NCBI GenBank assembly: GCA_965238005.1
Contig: OZ250165.1
Span: 2,080,001-2,144,000 of the forward strand
DNA length: 64,000 nucleotides
Origin: Longimicrobiales bacterium
Lineage (GTDB): Bacteria > Gemmatimonadota > Gemmatimonadetes > Longimicrobiales > Gaopeijiaceae
Reading direction: 5' to 3'
Position numbers and translations under genes: made by a program. Below, piece by piece: positions 1 through 10,600 of this stretch (positions within the stretch are counted from its first letter, which is position 1; every line of letters begins with the position of its first letter). A model generated the notes under the pieces. It saw only the letters and a list, made by a program, of their open reading frames with translations. It was not told the origin of the DNA and ran no database searches.

Positions 1-95
1 AAGGCGACGACCTCATGGGGACTGTCCTCCGTCAGGTAGACGTCCGCCACCTGTGCGAAGTCGCCGGTGCCGAATATGACGACCTTCTTGCTCAT
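1..95 (-). CDS. Sugar O-acetyltransferase (NeuD/PglD-like), N-terminus only; runs off the window edge
   Basis: Manual translation MSKKVVIFGTGDFAQVADVYLTEDSPHEVVAF has a Rossmann-like GxG start. Its ATG overlaps the upstream stop (ATGA). Confidence 0.65.
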   Translation of the reverse strand, partial: MSKKVVIFGTGDFAQVADVYLTEDSPHEVVA

Positions 96-724
96 TCCAG
101 ATTCTTTCTCACCAAGATGGTGAACTCGTAAAGTCCATAGTCGTGCAGCAGGGCGACCTGCCCCGAATACGTTCGCTTGCAGTGATCGAAGAGCCAGCTC
201 GGGTCGGCGTAGAATAAATCATCACGCATATGCTCCGGATCGGAGTAGCTCGTGAGCGCGTTGAAGGCGAAGCCTTTCAGCGAGAGCATATGGAGCTCGT
301 CCAGCGTCTCGAGAACGTACCCCTTCCACTCGGCCTCCGAGGTCTCGAGTTTGACATTGAGCACACCGCTGGCGACGACGTAGTCGGAGGGCCTCAGCTC
401 GGCCTCGTTCGTGGTGAACTCCCATGGATCCCCCGGGTTGAGCCGCCTCGCCCGTAGGATCATCTCTTCCGACACGTCGTATCCCATGTACCGAAACGGC
501 TGACCTCGCTGGGTGAGCACGTCGATCATCGCCCCGTACCCGCACCCGTAGTCCAGAAGAGAGTACTCCGTCGTCCCGAACGGCACGATCCCAAGGAGCT
601 GATCGAAGCGCGTCTCTTGCGACTCGGTCGAGTTCCAGTCGACGCCGTGGGCCGTCTCACCGTGTTGGCGGACCTTCTCACTGTAGTAGTCGGCAACTCG
701 CTCGCGAATCGAGGCGTCTACCAT
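92..724 (-). CDS. Class I SAM-dependent methyltransferase
   Basis: LLDYGCGYG motif I. Start chosen at MVDASIRE. Confidence 0.85.
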   Translation of the reverse strand: MVDASIRERVADYYSEKVRQHGETAHGVDWNSTESQETRFDQLLGIVPFGTTEYSLLDYGCGYGAMIDVLTQRGQPFRYMGYDVSEEMILRARRLNPGDPWEFTTNEAELRPSDYVVASGVLNVKLETSEAEWKGYVLETLDELHMLSLKGFAFNALTSYSDPEHMRDDLFYADPSWLFDHCKRTYSGQVALLHDYGLYEFTILVRKNLE

Positions 725-782
725 CGGCAGTGTCCCGTTGCCGAAGTAAGCGAGCCACCAAGAGGGTCGGGGCGCCGTGGGT

Positions 783-1733
783 TCAAGATCCGTCCCTCTC
801 CCCGCCAACCTCCTCCAGGCGATCGTAGGACTGCCGGATAATCGTGTATGGCCGATCCTTGGTCTCGACGAAAACCTTCGAGAGGTACATGCCGATGACG
901 CCGAGAAACGAGAAGGTGAGCCCACCGAGGAACCAGATGGATATGATCAGCGACGGCCAGCCGAGCCCGAAGTCGATGAAGAACAACTTGGCCAAAAGAG
1001 TGATTAGTGCCGCGGACACGGAGACCGCCGTCACGATCATACCGAGGTAGAAGACGAGAACCAGGGGTACGTTGCTGAACGCGGTGATCGACGTCACGGC
1101 GAAGTTGAGTTTCATCCGAAGGCTGTACGTGGACGAACCCTTGTGGCCCTTGTCCACGGGCACCGAGACCTGTTCGTAGCCCGTGATGGCCCACAGCCCA
1201 GCCAGGAACACCTCGTGGTCCCGATGCTCGATCAGGCTCTCCACGTACCGGCGCGTCATCAAGCGCGCGGACACCTGGTTCGCCGGCACCGGATAGCTGG
1301 TGAGCAGCCGGAAGATGGCGTAGTGTACGGCCCCGCTGACACGCTCGAACCACCTCCCCTTCCGTTTTCGCTGGACGCCGTAGACCACGTCGGCTCCCGT
1401 CTCCTGCATCCGCTCGTAAAACGGGCCGAGCCAGCTCGGATCTTCCTCAAGATCGCTGTCCAGTGAGAAGACAAGGTCACCCCGGGCGTGCGCGAGTCCG
1501 GTGAGGATCGCCTTGTGCTGACCGAAGTTGCGAGAGAGGTCGATGACCCGGACGCGCCGGTCCCTCTCGTAGAGCTCCAGCGCGATGTCCAGCGATTCGT
1601 CAGGAGAGCCGTCGTTGACCAGGACGATCTCGAAATCATCCGTGATTCCCTGGGCCGCCGCGCAGCAACGATCGTAGAAGTCCGGCAGGTACGGTGCGCT
1701 TCGGTAGAGCGTGGTGACGATGGAGAGCTTCAT
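783..1733 (-). CDS. GT2 glycosyltransferase, GtrB/ArnC-like polyprenyl-phosphate sugar synthase
   Basis: MKLSIVTTLY, VNDGSPD, SRNFGQ and DSDLE motifs, two C-terminal TM helices and a RPYTII tail. Confidence 0.9.
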   Translation of the reverse strand: MKLSIVTTLYRSAPYLPDFYDRCCAAAQGITDDFEIVLVNDGSPDESLDIALELYERDRRVRVIDLSRNFGQHKAILTGLAHARGDLVFSLDSDLEEDPSWLGPFYERMQETGADVVYGVQRKRKGRWFERVSGAVHYAIFRLLTSYPVPANQVSARLMTRRYVESLIEHRDHEVFLAGLWAITGYEQVSVPVDKGHKGSSTYSLRMKLNFAVTSITAFSNVPLVLVFYLGMIVTAVSVSAALITLLAKLFFIDFGLGWPSLIISIWFLGGLTFSFLGVIGMYLSKVFVETKDRPYTIIRQSYDRLEEVGGERDGS

Positions 1734-2485
1734 CGACTTGACCCACTCAGCATGTGATCGGGCGCCCCCGTTCCGGTGTGGAAGATGAGATCGAGGATCG
1801 TGACCCGGTGAGCGAACGGCGGATAGAGCTGATCGTACTCGGGATACCCGTCGTATTCCATCCAGATGACGTCGACTCCGGCCTCCTCGAAGAGCGATTC
1901 GTCCAGATATGCCCGTGCCGAAGGCCCAGAAAGGTACTCGGTCGCGCCGGCGCCCCCGCAGAGGTCTATCAGGCGCTCCGACTTTTGGCCCGTCACCCCG
2001 TAGTCCATGGACCACGTGATCTTGGTGTCGATTCCGAGGATGCCGCAAATGGCGGTCAGGAATCGCTGGTTGATCTGGCTCAGATGCTCGTCCGATGCGT
2101 CTTGATAGACTTCCTCGATCCGCGCGGCGAACTGGGAAAAGCACGGGGCCTTCGAGTAGGCATGATAAAGGCTCTTCCAGTGCTTCTCACGCCAAGAGGG
2201 GTCGCTGATGCGCGTATCCTTGACGGCCTGACCGTACTTGCCTTTCGTCACGACCGGAACGGTGAGCCACTTGAGCCCGTCCGCGGTCTTGATGCGGTTC
2301 CGATTTCGCCAATCCCGGCGGGTGAACTGCGCATCGTCGAAGAGCACGAACTCGTCGACGCTCCCGATGAGGTCGAAGTATCCCTTCCACGGGATGTAGT
2401 TGGACTGTACGACGGCGATGCGCTTGGGCGCCGGGCGCACCTTGGCGCCGGCCGCCGGGGTCTCGGCCCCCGAGGCGTCAGCCAC
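1730..2485 (-). CDS. WbqC-family protein (putative glycyltransferase)
   Basis: VVQSNYIPWKGYFD, DDAQFTRRDWRNRNRIK and YLSGPSA motifs. Confidence 0.88.
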   Translation of the reverse strand: MADASGAETPAAGAKVRPAPKRIAVVQSNYIPWKGYFDLIGSVDEFVLFDDAQFTRRDWRNRNRIKTADGLKWLTVPVVTKGKYGQAVKDTRISDPSWREKHWKSLYHAYSKAPCFSQFAARIEEVYQDASDEHLSQINQRFLTAICGILGIDTKITWSMDYGVTGQKSERLIDLCGGAGATEYLSGPSARAYLDESLFEEAGVDVIWMEYDGYPEYDQLYPPFAHRVTILDLIFHTGTGAPDHMLSGSSR

Positions 2486-3662
2486 AGCGGTACTCCCTGA
2501 CCGTGCGGATGACGACCTCTTGATTCGCCTCATCCAGTCCCGTAAAGAAAGGAAGCCGCACGAGACGAATGCTCACATCCTCGGCCACGGGGCAGTCGCC
2601 CGGCCGGGAACCCAGACTCTCTCCCATGGGCGACAGGTTAAGCGGCACATAGTGGAAGACCGAACTGACGCCGTTTTCCTCGAGAAAGGCGATGAACCGG
2701 CTCCGATGCTCGGCAGTCGGGAGCAGCAAATAGTACATGTGGAAGGTCTGCTCGACATGTTTGGGCACGACCGGCAGTTGTACGCCCTCTGCGTCCGCCC
2801 AGTCCGCCAGTCCTCCGTGGTACCGTTGCCAGAGCTCCTTCCGCTTCTGTTGAATGAGAGCTCTCGCCTCGAGCTGGCAGAGGAGGAAGGCGGACAGGAG
2901 ATCGGAGGGCTGATAGCTCGAGCCCAGGTCGACCCAGGTGTACTTGTCCACCAGACCCTCCAGGAACTGCGCGCGATTCGTACCCTTGTTCCGGATGACC
3001 TTCGCCCTGTCCAGCAGGTCGGCATCGTTCAGGAGGAGTGCCCCGCCCTTCCCACACGTCAGGTTTTTTGTCTCGTGGAAGCTCTGCGTGGCCATGACCC
3101 CGAACGTCCCCAGCGGCTTTCCTTTGTAGCTCCCCAAAAGACCGTGGGCGTTGTCTTCGATGATGGAGAGTCCGGCCTCGTCGGCGACGGTCTGGATCGC
3201 ATCCATCTCGCAACCCACGCCCGCGTAGTGGACCACTACGACCGCCCGCGTTCGTGGGGTGATCTTGGATTCAAGCAAGCGCTCGTCGAGGTTGAGGGTA
3301 TCGGACCGGACGTCGACGAAGACGGGCCTGGCTCCTCTGAGCGCGAACGCGTTGGCCGTGCTGACGAAGGTGAAGGAGGGCATGACGACCTCGTCCCCTT
3401 CTTCGAGGTCCAGCAGTAGGGCGGCCATCTCCAGAGCGTGGGTGCACGAGGACGTGAGCAGAGCCGCCTCGGCTCCGGTCATGTCTACGAGGAGCTCCTC
3501 GCACTGGTCTGTGAAAGGCCCACCCTCCGAGATCACAAGGCCCTCTACGGCCTCTCGCATCCGCCCGAACTCGGTCCCCACCAGGTAGGGCCGATTGAAG
3601 GGGATCCTCCCGTCGACGCGGATGTCCTCGGGTCCGGAGACCTCAGGTCCGTTCGTGCGCAT
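2478..3662 (-). CDS. rffA: dTDP-4-amino-4,6-dideoxygalactose transaminase (DegT/DnrJ family)
   Basis: IPFNRP, SCTHALEMAALLL, PSFTFVSTANAF and SFHETKN (PLP Lys); KGTNR..F..G.VDKYTW is characteristic of WecE/RffA. Confidence 0.9.
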   Translation of the reverse strand: MRTNGPEVSGPEDIRVDGRIPFNRPYLVGTEFGRMREAVEGLVISEGGPFTDQCEELLVDMTGAEAALLTSSCTHALEMAALLLDLEEGDEVVMPSFTFVSTANAFALRGARPVFVDVRSDTLNLDERLLESKITPRTRAVVVVHYAGVGCEMDAIQTVADEAGLSIIEDNAHGLLGSYKGKPLGTFGVMATQSFHETKNLTCGKGGALLLNDADLLDRAKVIRNKGTNRAQFLEGLVDKYTWVDLGSSYQPSDLLSAFLLCQLEARALIQQKRKELWQRYHGGLADWADAEGVQLPVVPKHVEQTFHMYYLLLPTAEHRSRFIAFLEENGVSSVFHYVPLNLSPMGESLGSRPGDCPVAEDVSIRLVRLPFFTGLDEANQEVVIRTVREYRCG

Positions 3663-5275
3663 ACCGGACAATCTGCATCTCCGCTTCGAATTTGGGCCAG
3701 GATTATCACGTACCGTCCGTCCCGGAACTCCCGAACCACCTCGGCCGACAGCCCCGCAGTCATCTCGGCGAAGCGGATCAGGCCGAGGATCTTCTCCCCA
3801 CCGAGCCATGGGTAGTTGAAGAGAGCATAGACACATGGCGGCATCGGCTCTCCCCTGATGAGCTCGGCAAGGGACTCCACCGAGAAGTTGTGCCCGTTGG
3901 AGAGGGGACCGCTGGAGTATCCGAGTCCCGGATATTCCAGGAGATAGTGCTCGTAGTGTCCATAGTAGACCGGCACCTCCGCCGGGAGCTCCCCCAGGGC
4001 CCGGATGGCGGCCACCTCGAGGGCCTGGAGGCGACGATAGGCATTGGAGCGCTCCGTGAGCGGAGGGTCGTTCCCGGGGCCTTCCGTGTCGATGTCCAGG
4101 GGATAGAGAGCGCCGCTCGTGTTCAGAGCGAAGAAGGCCGAGAGGAGCACGAAGCAGACCGCCGCGGGCGATGTGAGGCGACGGCCCAGGAGTCGTTTCA
4201 CACCGTAGCCCACCCAGAGCAGGAGAAACGGCAGGATGATTACGTAGTAGCGGGGGAGCACCACGGTGTACCTGGTCGCCACCGGAAGGGCCACCATGAA
4301 GAGCAGCATGAAGAAGACGATGAGCACCCCGCTGTAACCCAGAACGAGGAGCTCCTGATGCTCCTGGGTCCGGGCCGGCGGGTCCAGGGGCTCGCTGCGG
4401 AGTGCTCCAAAGATCGGAATGGCGCACACGATGGCCGTCACGAAAAAAGCGGCGATGAAGACCAGCAGATCGGGAACGTTGAGGAGGAAGCGAGCCAGGT
4501 ACTGTCCGATTCCCCCGAAGACGGCATCGAAGGACGGCAGGAATGCGAAGTCCTCGGATCTACTGACCGCGATTCGGCCCAGGAGGGCGACGGCAGCCGT
4601 CCACAGCACCGGGAATACGACGATCTGCGCCACGCGTCTCGCCTTGTCGGACAGGCCGTGCCGCTCAACTAGTGTCGCTAGAGCGAGGGTGGCCGGGACG
4701 ATGATCCCGGTCTGCTTCGTCGCATAGGCCAGCGTGGCCCAGAGCACCGCCGGCCAGAACCTCCGCTCCGTCCAGGCGAGAAGGGCCAGGACCGTGAAGA
4801 GGAAGAGAGGCATCTCCATGTAGAGGTAGCCGACTTGGGTCGAAAAGATCGGATGGAGCAGCACGCTCACGCACAGAAGCACCGTTGCGACGCTGCCGAA
4901 AACGGGCCGGGCGAGGCGGAACAGCGTCAAGAGGGCCAGGGCCGCAACGGCGAAGTGGAGTAGGTGGAGAATCAGGAAGGCCCTGGTGCCCCCTCCGGAG
5001 GTCCACAGGACCACGGCCGTGGCAAGGGTGACCAGCGACGTGCTGGCGACGTTGGGTCCCCCCTCTTCGTAGCCCGGCATCCCCAACAGCTCGAGCAGAT
5101 CGAAGCCGTTCTCGGCCAAGGTGAGGGCAGGCGGGAACAGCCCCATGGCGGTGTCCCACACCGGCGGCTGGAGCAGCGTGTCCCACTTCAGGACGAGGAT
5201 AAGCAGAAACACGAGAGAAAACCGAGCCCAGGCGCTTTGGCCGAGGAAGTGAGTGACGGACGTCAGCCGTGGCAT
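3545..5275 (-). CDS. Polytopic membrane protein, probable GT-C (ArnT/PMT-like) glycosyltransferase
   Basis: About 11 TM segments, acidic WD in the first loop, ATKQTG and PRYY motifs; located in a sugar-modification operon. Confidence 0.65.
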   Translation of the reverse strand: MPRLTSVTHFLGQSAWARFSLVFLLILVLKWDTLLQPPVWDTAMGLFPPALTLAENGFDLLELLGMPGYEEGGPNVASTSLVTLATAVVLWTSGGGTRAFLILHLLHFAVAALALLTLFRLARPVFGSVATVLLCVSVLLHPIFSTQVGYLYMEMPLFLFTVLALLAWTERRFWPAVLWATLAYATKQTGIIVPATLALATLVERHGLSDKARRVAQIVVFPVLWTAAVALLGRIAVSRSEDFAFLPSFDAVFGGIGQYLARFLLNVPDLLVFIAAFFVTAIVCAIPIFGALRSEPLDPPARTQEHQELLVLGYSGVLIVFFMLLFMVALPVATRYTVVLPRYYVIILPFLLLWVGYGVKRLLGRRLTSPAAVCFVLLSAFFALNTSGALYPLDIDTEGPGNDPPLTERSNAYRRLQALEVAAIRALGELPAEVPVYYGHYEHYLLEYPGLGYSSGPLSNGHNFSVESLAELIRGEPMPPCVYALFNYPWLGGEKILGLIRFAEMTAGLSAEVVREFRDGRYVIILAQIRSGDADCPVCARTDLRSPDPRTSASTGGSPSIGPTWWGPSSGGCERP

Positions 5276-5439
5276 GCGCGCTCGGGTGCGGATTCAGAGG
5301 TTGGATCCATGGTCAATAATTCACGCACGACTGATCGAGCACCAGCGTGCTCGGGCCTCGACGGGCTCACTGTAGCGCGGACGAGCCTCACGATCCGTCC
5401 CCGGCTCGGCCGAAGCCACCGTCCGGGTAGACGCAGGAC

Positions 5440-6675
5440 CTAGTGCCCTATAACCGATGATCGATCGGTATTCGAGCGGCGCTGCATCCTCCGAATCGAG
5501 GCGATGCCGAAGACCGGACCCAGCACCAGGATCGGGAACGCCCATGGCCAGCCCAGGGAATCGGTGAGGAGCGGCACCCCCTGAATGGTCACCATGGTCA
5601 GGAGGAAGCCGACCGAGGTCTGGAGCGTGAGGGCCGTACCCACTGCTTCCTGGGGCGCCACCTCCGTGACGAGCGCGCTGAATTGGGCCGAGTCGGCCAC
5701 CACGAAGAAACCCCAGACCAGGACCACGGGGACGAGGAGCCAGTAGCTCTGACCGAAGAGGAAGCCCACGACGAGACAGCACACACCGCTCACCCCCATG
5801 GAGAAGTTCACGAGCCGCTCCCGGCCGATCCTGTCGGCGGCCATACCACCCCACACGCACCCGAGGCCGCCGGCAGCGATGGCACCGAAGCCAACCAGGT
5901 CTACCACGGCCGGGGAAGGCGAAACTCCGAGACCTGCTCCTCGGGCAGCCGCGCTGGCCGCCAGGAAGGCCGGCACCCAGGTCCACATGGCGTACAACTC
6001 CCACATATGGCCCAGGTATCCGCCGGTCGCGAGTCGCGTCGGCCGGTCCCGAACCACCTTGGCTACGAGGGACCAAGAGAAGGGCGCGCGTCGGAACGGG
6101 TAGGGTCCCTCCCGGTACGCCGCAGCCACCAGCAGGCCTCCCACCGCCCCTCCTGCCGACGCGCCTAGGACCACCACGGAAAGCGGTGCGCTCCCCATGA
6201 GCTTCAGCAGATACGGCGTGGCCTTCCCCACCGTGAGGGCACCCACCACCGTCCCGATGGCCATGCCCCGGGCGCTCTGGAACCAGGTGGCGATCATCTT
6301 CATGGCCGGTGGATAGACGCCTGCCAGGAAGAAGCCCGTGAAGAACCGGAAAACCAGGGCGATCGCATAGCCGGGCGCGACCACCAACGCGGCGTTGGCC
6401 AGGGCGGCCAGGAGAGCCGACAAGGCGAAGTACCAGCGGGATGAGACGACATCCGCCAGGTTCAACACGGCGGCCGCCGCCGTTCCGGCAACGAACCCGA
6501 GCTGCACGAGCGTGGTGAGCCAACCGACCTGGCTGGAGCTCAGTCCCCAGCGCTCCTGCAGCACTGGGGAAACGGCACTGGCCGTGAACCAGGCGGACAT
6601 CCCCAGGAGCACAGCCACCGAGACCAGGGCCAGCATGCCCCAGCGGCGCCCATCGGTATCGCCCGTCAGCGCCAC
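5440..6675 (-). CDS. MFS transporter
   Basis: 12 hydrophobic segments; GGMAADRIGR MFS motif; GYLGHMWELYAMW. Confidence 0.9.
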   Translation of the reverse strand: MALTGDTDGRRWGMLALVSVAVLLGMSAWFTASAVSPVLQERWGLSSSQVGWLTTLVQLGFVAGTAAAAVLNLADVVSSRWYFALSALLAALANAALVVAPGYAIALVFRFFTGFFLAGVYPPAMKMIATWFQSARGMAIGTVVGALTVGKATPYLLKLMGSAPLSVVVLGASAGGAVGGLLVAAAYREGPYPFRRAPFSWSLVAKVVRDRPTRLATGGYLGHMWELYAMWTWVPAFLAASAAARGAGLGVSPSPAVVDLVGFGAIAAGGLGCVWGGMAADRIGRERLVNFSMGVSGVCCLVVGFLFGQSYWLLVPVVLVWGFFVVADSAQFSALVTEVAPQEAVGTALTLQTSVGFLLTMVTIQGVPLLTDSLGWPWAFPILVLGPVFGIASIRRMQRRSNTDRSSVIGH

Positions 6676-7589
6676 ACCACCGTTTGGACCACGAACCAGA
6701 GATTTGCCGGCCGCTCGGCCAGGCGCCTCATGTACCAGGGGAACCAGGCGGATCCGTAGGCGATCAGCGCCTCCACCTTGTAGCCCTCGCCGGCTAGCCG
6801 CTCCTGCTCCGAAGGGTTGATTCCGTAGAGCATCTGGAACTCCACCTCACCCCGGGGAATCCCCCGGGCCGCCGCTTCCTGCTGGATCTTCTCGACGAGA
6901 GTCCTGTCGTGAGTGGCGAAGGCCGCACGAACGCCACCGTTCGCCACCACGTCGAGGAGACGGCGCGAAAGCTCGAGGTAGTTCTTGTCCACGTCCCTCT
7001 TCCTGGGGAACGCGACGTCGGCCGGCTCGGCATAGGCGCCCTTCACCAGGCGGATGGCCGGCTGGAGAGGCAGGAGCTCTTCCAGGTCCTCGGCAGTGCG
7101 GTAGAGATAGGCCTGGAGGCAGAGGCCCGTGTTCTCGTAGCGGGCCCGGGCGCCTTTGTAGATGTCCAGAGTGACGTCCACATAACGGCTCGCCTCGATG
7201 TCGATCCACACGAAGCGGTTCAGCTCTTCGGCCAGCGAAAGGATGGCCTCCAGGTTGGCGGCCGCAAAATCGCGACCCAGGTCGACGCCGAGCTGGGTGA
7301 GCTTCAACGAGATCTCCACGTCCAAGTCACGGCGGTCGAGCTCATTGAGCACTTCCTGGTAGTGCTCCACCACCTCCAGCGCCTCCCGAGGCTCGGCGAT
7401 GTTCTCACCCAGGAACGTGAACAGCGTGCTCATGCGCGACTTCTGGAGGCGGAGGGCCTCCGTCATCGCGGCCTCCGGGGTTTCCCCCGGCATGAATCGT
7501 CGAACCGCACGCTGCACGAAGCGGAACCGGGGGAGACGCTCGGCCAGGAAGCGGTTCTTGGAGCCCCACAGCAGCAGTCCGCGTAGCAC
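6666..7589 (-). CDS. Monofunctional proline dehydrogenase
   Basis: SLKLTQLG, LQAYLYR, IRLVKGAY, FATHD, EFQMLYG and YMRRLAERPAN motifs. Confidence 0.93.
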   Translation of the reverse strand: MLRGLLLWGSKNRFLAERLPRFRFVQRAVRRFMPGETPEAAMTEALRLQKSRMSTLFTFLGENIAEPREALEVVEHYQEVLNELDRRDLDVEISLKLTQLGVDLGRDFAAANLEAILSLAEELNRFVWIDIEASRYVDVTLDIYKGARARYENTGLCLQAYLYRTAEDLEELLPLQPAIRLVKGAYAEPADVAFPRKRDVDKNYLELSRRLLDVVANGGVRAAFATHDRTLVEKIQQEAAARGIPRGEVEFQMLYGINPSEQERLAGEGYKVEALIAYGSAWFPWYMRRLAERPANLWFVVQTVVWR

Positions 7590-7610
7590 GGTCAGCGTTG
7601 CTCCATATGG

Positions 7611-10600
7611 TCAGCGCTGTTCCATGCGGATCCTGAGGAGATCGGCCTCGGGGAAGGGTGAGTATCCGGCCTCTTGAAGGCGCTGGCTATAGGCCGAAAC
7701 CGCGCCGTCGAAGATGGCGTTCACCTCGTCGATGATGCCCTGGAGCGCCTCTTCCGCCTGTGCGAGCATGAGGCGCTCGTTGGCCGTCGGTGCATCAGGC
7801 GAGCTCCCCAGAAAGCGGAGGGGTCGCCGCACCGCGTTGGACGTCAGCCTGCTTCGTCCGCATATGCCCTGGCACGGCGGGCCCGCGAAGAGGCGCTCTC
7901 GCATCTCCTCGAGGGATTCCTCGAGCTCCGCACCCTCCTCCCGGAGATCCTCTCCCCCATCTCGCCCGCGAAGAGACTCCTGCACGGTCTCGGCGATCCG
8001 GATCGCACGCTCCAGGCGTTCCTGAGCGTCGCTGAGGGCGGTGGTCATGGTCTGGGCGCGCTCCACGGCCTGGAGCTTGGCGATCCGCCGCGTCAGGGAG
8101 ATGTCCTCACGGCTATCCTCCAGCACGGTGACTTCTCCCGTCGACACCGAATCACCCAACGTAACACGTACCGTATACATACCCCCCAGCACCTCCGAAC
8201 CCTCCTCGTCAGGCTCGCTCTCACCGCTGCGGCGCAGGTTCCAGACGACCCGATTGACCCCCAACTCGGCGGATCCGCTCAGCGTCCGTATCGAGCTTCC
8301 GTCTACGTCGAGAATGTCGATGGTGGCTTCCTTGCCGCCTTCCACTCCCACCCAGTAGTTGATGAGGGCCCCGTAGGGGCGCATCGCGCCGAGCATCATG
8401 GCGTGCCCAACCGAGCGATAGCCGATGGTTTCCGCCGTGGCGTGCTTCTGGGCGGGCGCCATGGGGAGCACCCTCAGCACGTCACCGGCCAGGCCCAGGT
8501 CCCGGGCGGCTTCCCGAAGCGGCCGGATGTCGTCGATGACGTAGGCTCCCCGGCCGTGCGTTCCCACAACCAGATCGTGATCCCGGGGATGGATGCGCAG
8601 ATCGCGCACCGGAGCCGGCGGGACGCCATGATTCCAATGGATCCAGGAATCACCCCCGTCGAGGCTCACGCGAAGCCCGAACTCGGTGCCCAAGAACAGC
8701 AGATTGGGCTCTTCCGTATCCTCACGTATCACATGAATAAAGCCGTCTATTCCATTGGTGTTCAACGTATTCCAGCTCTGCCCAAGGTCTTCGGTCTTGT
8801 AGACATACGGTTCCCAGTTCCCCCGGCGGTGATCCTCCAGAACCACGTACGCCGTCTGCGGATCATGGTGTGAGGGCTCGACGTGGGGGACCCACGTCCC
8901 TCTCGGAACGCCGCGGATGCGGACGCCCGTGTTCCTCCACGTCCCCCCGTCGTCTTCGGTGACCTGCACGTTGCCGTCGTCGGTGGACGCCCAGATGAGC
9001 CCCGGCTGAAGCGGACTCGGCGAGATCGACAGGATCGTGGTGTGGTTCTCCGCTCCGGTAGCATCGAGGGTGAGCCCGCCGCTCTGGTGCTGCCGCTGCT
9101 TCTCGGCGTCATTCGTGGTCAGGTCCGGAGAGATGATTTCCCAGCTGTTGCCATGGTCCCTTGTCCGATGGACGAACTGGCTGCCGAGGTACAGGACGCT
9201 GGGGTCATGGGGATCGACGTTGAGCGCCGCATTCCAGTTGAAGCGCAGGTAATCGCCTTGGGGATGGACGGGCTGGATCTCCACGCGCCGACCGGTTTCC
9301 TTGTCGAAACGTATCAGGTTTCCCCGTTGCGACATGGAATAGCCGTAGCGCGAGTCCGTCGGATCGTTGAACACGGCGAAGCCGTCTCCGCTGCCCACCC
9401 GGCGCCAGTGGGCGTTCATGATGCCACGGTTCTCCCACACGGTGCTCGGGCCGTACCAGCTCCCATTGTCCTGCAGCCCCCCGTACACGTTGAAGGGCGC
9501 TTCGTTATCGAGGCTGATGTGGTAGAACTGAGCCAGCGTGAGGTTCTCCACAAAGCGCCAGCGCTTCCCGCGATCGTAGGTGAAGGCGATCCCGCCATCG
9601 TTCCCGATGATCATGTGGCGACCGTTTTCGGGGTCGATCCAGAGCTCGTGTACGTCGCCGTGGATCGTGGAGCTCGGCACCACGGTTTCGAAGTTGCGTC
9701 CCTGGTCCTCACTGACCTGGATGCTCCCGTGTAGGGAGTAGATGCGATTCTCGTTCTGGGGATCCACCCGGAGATCAGCGTAATAGAAGGGCCGGGGAAC
9801 GACGCCGGAGTGATCGTTGATGGTCTCCCAGCTCCGGCCTCCGTCCTCGGAGCGGATCAGCTCGCTCTTCTCGGCCTCCACAAGGGCGTAGACGACGTCG
9901 GGATTGGAGGGCGCGACGGCGAGTCCGATGCGGCCCAGGTTGCCCGGCGGTAGCCCGTCGTCTTCGGTGTAGCGGACCCAGGAGTCGCCTCCGTCATACG
10001 TAACGTATAGGCCGCTGCCGGGGCCTCCCGACTCGAAGAACCACGGCCAGCGCCTGAATTCCCACATCGCCGCAAAAAGCTTGTTGGGGTTGCTGGGGTC
10101 CATGATCAGGTCCCCGGCACCCGTGCGCTCGTTCACGTACAGGATCCGGTCCCATGTCCGCCCGCCGTCCCTGGTGCGGAAGATTCCCCGGACTTCTCCA
10201 TCGCTCCAGGCCGGACCCATGGCCGCAACGTACGCCACCGCGGGATCTGTGGGGTGAGTGATGATCCGGTGGATCCGCTCAGAGCCCTCGAGGCCCACGT
10301 TGGTCCACGTGTCGCCGCCGTCGAGACTGCGGAACACACCGTTCCCGACTCCGGCGGAGTTACGTGGATTCCCCTCCCCCGTGCCCACCCAGACGACGTC
10401 GGGCGTCGCTTGCGAGACCGCCACGGCTCCGATTCCCAGAACAGGCTGGTCGTCGAAGATAGGCACCCACTCGATGCCGCCATCGACGGAGCGCCACACC
10501 CCCCCGGTTGCGGAACCCACGTAGATGATGTTGAGGTCGGAAATCACTACGTCTACGTCCGCCACCCGCCCGCTCATGCCTGCCGGTCCGATGGAGCGAC

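Noticed and set aside
3545..3662. 118-bp overlap of the GT-C gene with rffA as a regulatory feature
   Set aside because: More simply explained by a lost stop codon or uncertain start; nothing else supports a function.
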